Positions 57,878-64,000 of a DNA stretch of 64,000 nt are shown here, piece after piece. Each line of letters starts with the position of its first letter. Positions within the stretch are counted from its first letter, which is position 1. Below the pieces are notes generated by a model. That model searched no databases, was not told where the DNA came from, and saw only the letters and a list, made by a program, of their open reading frames with translations. The position numbers were made by a program, and so were the translations under genes. The stretch comes from an uncultured Pseudomonadota bacterium (GTDB taxonomy: Bacteria > Myxococcota_A > Polyangia > Fen-1088), in NCBI GenBank assembly GCA_963778795.1, contig CAVZVU010000006.1:712249-776248 (forward strand), written 5' to 3'.

Positions 57878-60085
57878 TCAGCGTGCGAGGGGCAGCACGA
57901 AGGTGAACCTGGCGCCGGCGGCGGAGGACTCAGCCCAGATCTTTCCGCCGTGGGCCTCGACGATTCCGTGGGCGATGTAGAGGCCCAGGCCTGATCCGGG
58001 TTGGCTCGTCGACGGGGCCTGCCAGTAGCGCTCGAAGAGGTGGGGGAGTTGGTCGGCGGCAATGCCGGGGCCGGTGTCGGCGACCGCGATCGACAAGTCG
58101 GCGCCGCGGCGTTCCGTGCGGATGGTGATGGTGCCCCCGGCGGGGGTGAACTTGATCGCATTACCGAGCAGGTTCGACAGCACCCGGAAGATCCGCTCGG
58201 GATCGGCTTCCAGCCTCGGCGCATCGATCAACTCCACCGCGAGGGTGAGCTGCTTGGTCTCAGCCAGAGGGGAAACGGACAGCCGAGCCTCCTCGACCAG
58301 CTCACGGCTCTCCACGGATCGGAGGTGCAATGTGAAGCGGTGCGCTTCGATGCTCGCCAGATCCAGGAGGTCGTCGGTCAGGGCCTTCATATGAGCCCCC
58401 AATCTCTGGATGCGCTCGGCGCTGACGCGCAACAGGTTCTTGCTCACCTCATCACCGGCCGCCGTCACGTGCAGGATCACCTCAGCTTGAAGCAGGACAC
58501 CCGACAGGGGACCCCTGAGATCGTGGGACACGACGGCGAGCAGGTCGTCCCGCGCTCGCACTGCCCGCTGCTCGCCCAAGAAGCGCCGCCCGATGTCGAC
58601 TTCGATGGCGCGGCGCCGCAGCTCGTCCGCAGCTTCGAGGGTGCTGGCCGTCCACGGATGTGAACGGAGCTTCACCTCCTCTTGCCAGATCGCGAACGAA
58701 TGACGCGGACGCAGGTGATCGCCGGAATCCGCCGCGAAGGGCTTGTTGGGATCGCCGCCCCAGCTCACCGTCTGGATGAACTCCTGGCGGAACCACAATA
58801 GTCGCCTCTGAGGAGCACCGGGCAGCGCGAACGTGAGCAGCCCACTGGCGACGTCGCTGGCCTCCTGCGCCCGAGGGAATAGGGCGGCCAGCGACGCCGT
58901 GGCGAACGGCCGGGTCCCTTCCTTCTCCTCGACCCACGCCGCGATGTCCTGAACGAGCGCAGGCAGCGGCGTGCGGCCGGCCGCCATGCTCTCCCCGCCG
59001 CTCACAAGCGCCACCCCATCGGCGCCCACCATCCCCATCAGCTCCTTCGGGCGCGAGAGCAGGACCTCGAGCACGTTGTCTTCCGGCGCGCTCTCGCGCA
59101 TCGCGCGGGCCAGCTCATCCTCCGTCGCTCGACGCGAGGCGCGATCGGCGAGCTGGTCGCGGTCCTCGAGCGCTGCGATCTGGAGCGAGGTCAGGCGACC
59201 GAGAAACTCACACGCCATCCGCGTCTCCTGCGAAACCCGCCGCGCGCTGGTGTGGTTCAAGCAGCTGATGAGTCCCCACAGGCGGTCGCGAACGATGAGC
59301 GAGATGCTCATGGAAGCGCGGACCCCCATGTTGGCCATGTACTGGAGGTGAATGGGCGAGACACTGCGCAGAACCGAGAAGCTGAGGTCCAGCGGCCCGC
59401 CCGTGTCGACGCGAAGGGTGGGAACGACTCGCGCTGGCTTCGCGCTGGCATCGAAGATCAGCCGAAGCCAGTTCCTGCGATACAGCTCGCGCGCCTGGGC
59501 AGGGATGTCGGAGGCCGGATAGTGCAGCCCGAGATACGGCTCGAGCGCTGGTTCCTTCGCCTCTCCGTCGACGGAGCCGTGCCCGTCGTCGTGGAATCGA
59601 TAGAACAAGACCCGCTCGAACCCGGTGACTCGCCGCATTTGCTGAACGACAACGTCGGCGAGCTCGGCGGACGTGACCACGCGTTGAATCCGCAGGAGCG
59701 CGGGCCGAAACGGGTGGCGCATCGCGACGGGTGAGCCCGGATTCGGCTCGAGCTCGAGAATGGCCGCTCCCTGGTGGCGGTGGACCATTCCATCGAATTG
59801 TCTTCCGTGCGCGCCGATCTGCAGCGGGTTCACGTCGTACCAGCGCTCCTCGCCCAGGGCCTCCTTCACCTCGGCGACCGACGCCGGATCCAGCACCGTG
59901 GAGAGCTGCCGACCCAGGACCTCATCGACACGAAAGGGGAGAAGGTCGCCGACGTTTTCGCTGACCTGTGTGATGGTCAGCGACGGCTCGGCCAGCACGA
60001 ACAGCACGCCAAAGGGCTGGATCGTCCCCGGGATGTGGATGGGCTCGCGGTCACAATCAGTCAGGTCCGCCCTGGCATCCCTCAT
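57878..60085 (-). CDS. bphP: Bacteriophytochrome histidine kinase (PAS-GAF-PHY-HisKA-HATPase)
   Basis: Chromophore Cys 'DLTDCDREPIHIPG'; 'HYPASDIPAQAR'; 'PIHLQYM'; 'PRHSF'; H-box 'SHDLRGPL'. Confidence 0.95.
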   Translation of the reverse strand: MRDARADLTDCDREPIHIPGTIQPFGVLFVLAEPSLTITQVSENVGDLLPFRVDEVLGRQLSTVLDPASVAEVKEALGEERWYDVNPLQIGAHGRQFDGMVHRHQGAAILELEPNPGSPVAMRHPFRPALLRIQRVVTSAELADVVVQQMRRVTGFERVLFYRFHDDGHGSVDGEAKEPALEPYLGLHYPASDIPAQARELYRRNWLRLIFDASAKPARVVPTLRVDTGGPLDLSFSVLRSVSPIHLQYMANMGVRASMSISLIVRDRLWGLISCLNHTSARRVSQETRMACEFLGRLTSLQIAALEDRDQLADRASRRATEDELARAMRESAPEDNVLEVLLSRPKELMGMVGADGVALVSGGESMAAGRTPLPALVQDIAAWVEEKEGTRPFATASLAALFPRAQEASDVASGLLTFALPGAPQRRLLWFRQEFIQTVSWGGDPNKPFAADSGDHLRPRHSFAIWQEEVKLRSHPWTASTLEAADELRRRAIEVDIGRRFLGEQRAVRARDDLLAVVSHDLRGPLSGVLLQAEVILHVTAAGDEVSKNLLRVSAERIQRLGAHMKALTDDLLDLASIEAHRFTLHLRSVESRELVEEARLSVSPLAETKQLTLAVELIDAPRLEADPERIFRVLSNLLGNAIKFTPAGGTITIRTERRGADLSIAVADTGPGIAADQLPHLFERYWQAPSTSQPGSGLGLYIAHGIVEAHGGKIWAESSAAGARFTFVLPLAR

Positions 60086-60708
60086 CGCTCCACCCATCGC
60101 GCGAAAGCCAGAAAGGTCGCGCGCGCCGAGGCGACGATCTCGGCGGTCGCCAATCCCGCGTGCGCCAGGCCTTCGAGCCAGGCGAGAAAGAGGCTCCACC
60201 TCGCCGACGTCCCCTCCGCTTCGCCGATGAAGAACGAGGCGCCGCTGCCCCTGGCGACCCCGAGCCGCTCGCGCAGCGCAGCGGCGATCACCTGCCCGCC
60301 GAGGCAGGCACCCTCGAGTACGTACAAGCAGCCCGCCAGCTCCTCGGGGCATGACAGCCGCGGCAGATCGGCGCATCGGGGCAGGTCGGCAATCTCCCGC
60401 CGAGACAGGCCGAGCGACAGGAGATCGCTCTCGATCAGCGTGGTGCGGTCTCGCAGCGGTAAACCGAGCGGGGGGCCCGCCGACGCCACGCGCGCCAAAC
60501 TGGCTTCAATGGGCGCATAGAAACCGAAAAAGAATTCGAGCACCCGCCGATAGCGGTCGCGGTCGAGAGAAAGCTCGGATTCGAGCAGCCCCAGATCGAT
60601 CTCGAGACGCCGATGCAGGTCGGCTGTTTCGCGCTTCAACTGCTGTCGCAGCGGCGAAGCGCCCTCCCGGCGCCCATCGGCGGTGGACAAGGGTCGTAGA
60701 TCGGCCAT
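60082..60708 (-). CDS. bphO: Biliverdin-producing heme oxygenase
   Basis: 'LKRETADLHRRLE', 'GCLYVLEGACLGG', 'FF'; ATGA overlap with bphP. Confidence 0.9.
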   Translation of the reverse strand: MADLRPLSTADGRREGASPLRQQLKRETADLHRRLEIDLGLLESELSLDRDRYRRVLEFFFGFYAPIEASLARVASAGPPLGLPLRDRTTLIESDLLSLGLSRREIADLPRCADLPRLSCPEELAGCLYVLEGACLGGQVIAAALRERLGVARGSGASFFIGEAEGTSARWSLFLAWLEGLAHAGLATAEIVASARATFLAFARWVER

Positions 60709-60850
60709 CAGCGCCGGTGAAATGTAGCTTGGGCAGGTCTCGCCGACCAGGAGCCATCCACCGGTTGGCGATGACCAGTGCTCAGCGTGAGACCTGATGC
60801 GATGTCGGAAGCAGAATGTCGGACGGGTGGATGCCATCCCGCCTCTCCGG

Positions 60851-61060
60851 TCAATGAAGCGGTGTTGCGGGCTCCACCGGGCTCCAGGCGATGGCAGGTC
60901 TTCGAGGAAGGAGGACACTGAACGTGGTCCCGTCTCGATCGGGTGACTGTACGGCGATCGTGCCTCCGTGCGCGCGCACGATCTGGTTGGCGATGAACAG
61001 GCCCAGCCCGACGCTCGAGCCTCGGTCTCCCGTGCTCGTGAGAACGGATCATCGAATCGG
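60851..61060 (-). pseudogene. Orphan HATPase C-terminal fragment of a histidine kinase
   Basis: 'GLGLFIANQIVRAHGGTIAV..GTTFSVLLPR' read from the reverse strand; a frameshift and no upstream domains. Confidence 0.7.
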
Positions 61061-61085
61061 ACGAACGGCGCTGTCGTCGAGCTGA

Positions 61086-61145
61086 CGCGGTTCCGCGCTT
61101 TGTCCTCACCGAACGCCCGCCACCTTCTGCTTGACGGAGGGTGTA
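61086..61145 (+). repeat. 60-bp dispersed element, copy 2 (copy 1 at 14760-14819)
   Basis: 55/60 identity; ends 52 nt before an HK start. Confidence 0.9.
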
Positions 61146-61197
61146 CCAAGCCCAGGTTCGAATTGAAGGGGCTCGCGCCCGGATAGGCTCATTCTGC

Positions 61198-64000
61198 ATG
61201 GCCGACCAGTCCGAACGCCTCGAGCTTCGTGGGGAGGTCGGTGCCCTGATCGGCTCGCGCGACTGGTCGAAGACCCGTCTCGGCCCGCTCGAGACCTGGC
61301 CGAGCAGCCTCAAGACGATGATCGGCGTCATGCTGGGCAGCCGCTTCCCGATGATGCTGGGCTGGGGGCCGGATCTCCTGGAGTTCTACAACGACGCCTA
61401 CATCCCCGTGCTGGGGGTCAAGCACCCCGCCTCGCTCGGCGCTCCGGTGCGCGTCGTCTGGTCGGAGATCTGGAATGTCGTCGGCCCGCTGATGCACAGC
61501 GTGCTGTCGGGTGGCCCCGCGTTGTGGCGCGAGCACGAGCTGCTCTTCATCAACAGCCGCGGCTTCGCGCAGGAGACGTTCCACACGTTCTCGCAGAGCC
61601 CCGTGCCCGGCGACGACGGCAAGGTCGGCGGCGTCCTGCTCACGGTCCAGGAGACGACCGAACAAGTTCAGGGCGAGCGACAGCTGCAGACGCTGCGCGC
61701 GCTCGCCGAGCGAACGGGCGTCGCGAGGACCGCGACGGAGGCCTGCGTCCTCGGCGCCTCGGTCCTCGAAGGCGCCGACGCGGACGTTCCCTTCTCGCTC
61801 GTGTACCTCCTCGGGGACGACGGCACGCCGACGCTCGCCGCCTCGAGCCCGGCGTCCCTCGCGGGGCGCATCGACCTGCGCGCTCCCACCGGCGGGTGGC
61901 CGTTCCACGAGGCGCTGCGCTCCGGTGAGCCCGTCCCCGTCGACGACCTCGCGCGCCGCTTCGGTTCCCTGCCCGGCGGCCGCTACGGCGTCAGGCCCGA
62001 GAGGGCCGTCGTCGTCCCGTTGCTCCGAGACGAGAGAGATCGGTACGGCTTCGTCGTCTTCGGCCTCGCCGCGTGGCGCGCCCCTTCCGAGGGATACCTC
62101 GGCTTCCTCGCGCTCGTCGCGTCGCAGCTCACCTCGGCGATCGCGCGCGCCCGGGCCTCGGAGGAGGAGCGACGCCGCGCCGAGGCCATGGCCGAGCTGG
62201 ACCGCGCCAAGACACTGTTCTTCAGCAACATCAGCCACGAGCTCCGCACGCCGCTGACGCTCATGCTCGGCCCCACGACGGACGCGCTCCGCTCGCCCGC
62301 GCGGACGCTCGAGGGCCACGACCTCGAGATCGTCCACCGCAACGCGCTCCGCCTGCAAAAGCTCGTCGGGAGCCTGCTCGACTTCGCGCGCATCGAGGCG
62401 GGACGCGTCCGCGTGTCGCTCGAGCCCATCCGCCTCGACGCCCTCACCGGGGAGCTGGCCCACGCATTCGACTCGGCGATGCGCGAGGCCGGCCTCGCGT
62501 ACGAGGTCAGCTGCGAGCCGCTGCCGCACCCCGTCCTGATCGATCCGGACATGTGGGAGAAGATCCTGCTGAACCTGATCTCGAACGCCCTGAAGTTCAC
62601 CTTCGAGGGGAAGGTGCGCGTGTCGCTGGCCGCTCGCGGCGGGCAGCTCGAGCTCGAGGTCGCCGACACGGGCATCGGGATCCCCGCGCACGAGCTGCCG
62701 CACGTCTTCGACCGATTCCACCGCGTCGCCGGCGCGCGGGCGCGCACGCAAGAAGGGTCCGGCATCGGGCTCGCGCTGGTGCACGAGCTCGCGCGACTGC
62801 TGGGCGGCGACGTCTCGGCGAAGAGCGCCGTGGACGTGGGCACGACGATGACAGTCGTCATTCCAGCGCGCACGGCCGACGCGTCCTCCGCCGCTTCGTC
62901 GGACGCTTCGCCGAGGCTCCCGTCGCCGCGCCGGTCGCCACGCACGTGGCGGACAACCGGTTCGTCGAGGAGGCGCGCCGCTGGCTGCCGAACGCGGACG
63001 CCACTTCGACGTCGACCGCTGCGGCGTCCCGCGCCCCGCTGCTGATCGACGGCGTCGAGCGGCCGGCGCGCGTCCTGGTCGTGGACGACAACGCCGACAT
63101 GCGGGAGTACCTGACGCGCATGCTCGCCCCGCACTGGACGGTGGAGACGGCCGTCGACGGCGAGGCCGCCCTCACGTCAATCCGCGCGCGGCGCCCCGAC
63201 GTGGTCCTCACGGACGTGATGATGCCGAACCTCGACGGATTCGGGCTGGTCGCGCGCTTGCGCGCGAACGAGGCGACGGCCGACCTCCCCGTGATCGTGC
63301 TGTCCGCGCGCGCCGGGGAGGAGTCGCGCATCGAGGGGCTGCAGGTCGGCGCCGACGACTATCTCGTCAAGCCGTTCTCCGCGCGCGAGCTGGTCGCGCG
63401 CGTGCAGGTGCACGTCTCGCTCGCCCAGCTCCGCCGCAGGCTGCTCGATCGCGCCGAGGAGGCGCGGCGCGCGGCCGAGGACGCCACGCGCGCCAAGGAC
63501 GAGTTCCTGGCCATGCTGGGCCACGAGCTGCGAAACCCCTTGTCGCCCATCGTGATGGCCGTCGAGCTGATGCATCGGCGCGGCGTGAACTCGAAGGAGC
63601 TGTCGGTCATCGAGCGCCAGCTCAAGCAGCTCATGCGGCTGGTCGACGACCTGCTCGACGTATCGAGGATCACGCGCGGGAAGGTCGAGCTCCACAAGGA
63701 GCGCACGTCGATCGCCGAGGTCGTCAGACGCGCCGCCGAGACCACGCAGCCGCTCTTTCAGCAGAGGCAGCAGCCGCTCGCGCTGGACGTCCCCGGCGAT
63801 CTCTTCGTCGATGGCGACCCCACACGGCTGCAGCAGGTGTTCGCGAACCTGCTGACGAACGCCTCGAAGTACAGCGATCCGGGCACGGGCGTCGGCGTCT
63901 CTGCGAAGCCCGTGGGAGATCGCGTCGAGATCCGCGTTCGCGACCACGGGATCGGCATCCGCCCGGAGATGATCGAGCGCGTGTTCGATCTGTTCGTGCA
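61198..64000 (+). CDS. Hybrid kinase (PAS-like, GAF, HK1, REC, HK2), frameshift near 62908, truncated by the window end
   Basis: 'SHELRTPL', 'NALKFT', 'GSGIGL'; after the shift 'VLVVDDNADMREY', 'TDVMMP', 'KPFS', second H-box 'GHELRNPL'. Confidence 0.85.

Noticed and set aside
584-60708. Functional link between the isoprenoid genes and the phytochrome (light-induced carotenoids)
   Set aside because: They are 57 kb apart with no shared motif found; known myxobacterial carotenogenesis uses other (Car) regulators.
1-64000. Hundreds of long overlapping ORFs rich in Arg, Ala, Gly and Pro
   Set aside because: Shadow or antisense ORFs expected at about 70% GC; they overlap motif-supported genes and carry no recognisable motifs.
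1-64000. CRISPR array, tRNA, rRNA, transposase or integrase
   Set aside because: No regularly spaced repeats, cloverleaf, rRNA signature or DDE/recombinase motifs were seen by eye.

Overview
A roughly 70% GC bacterial window. The gene content (Ser/Thr kinase-ATPase fusions, many lipoproteins, beta-propeller proteins, AgmX/PglI-like and DUF6178-like domains, many orphan histidine kinases) suggests a myxobacterium or related Myxococcota; this is inferred from content, not from a marker gene. Left to right: isoprenoid genes; a large STK-ATPase; a four-gene MEDS-HK / small protein / KaiC-like ATPase / PAS-HK module; an ArsR-SRPBCC-DHFR-like operon with two operator palindromes; an M28 peptidase; a PAS/GAF HK; a Cys-rich ECF/anti-sigma/MerT-like cluster; secreted and lipoprotein genes; a TonB receptor-YfiR-CheA-like locus; a CreBC-like two-component operon; pectate lyase; porin-patatin-glgC; a DUF4139-OmpA lipoprotein; a second STK; an AAA ATPase + S8 protease pair (IetAS-like defence) in a small accessory segment; bphO-bphP; and a hybrid HK running off the right end. 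Two window-wide patterns stand out. At least six genes carry single-base frameshifts, probably consensus errors. About seven orphan gene fragments or chimeric junctions are present. A 60-bp non-coding element (55/60 identical) occurs twice, each time just upstream of a sensor-kinase gene. No rRNA, tRNA, CRISPR array, transposase or integrase was recognised. All domain names come from motif recognition by eye, not from database searches.
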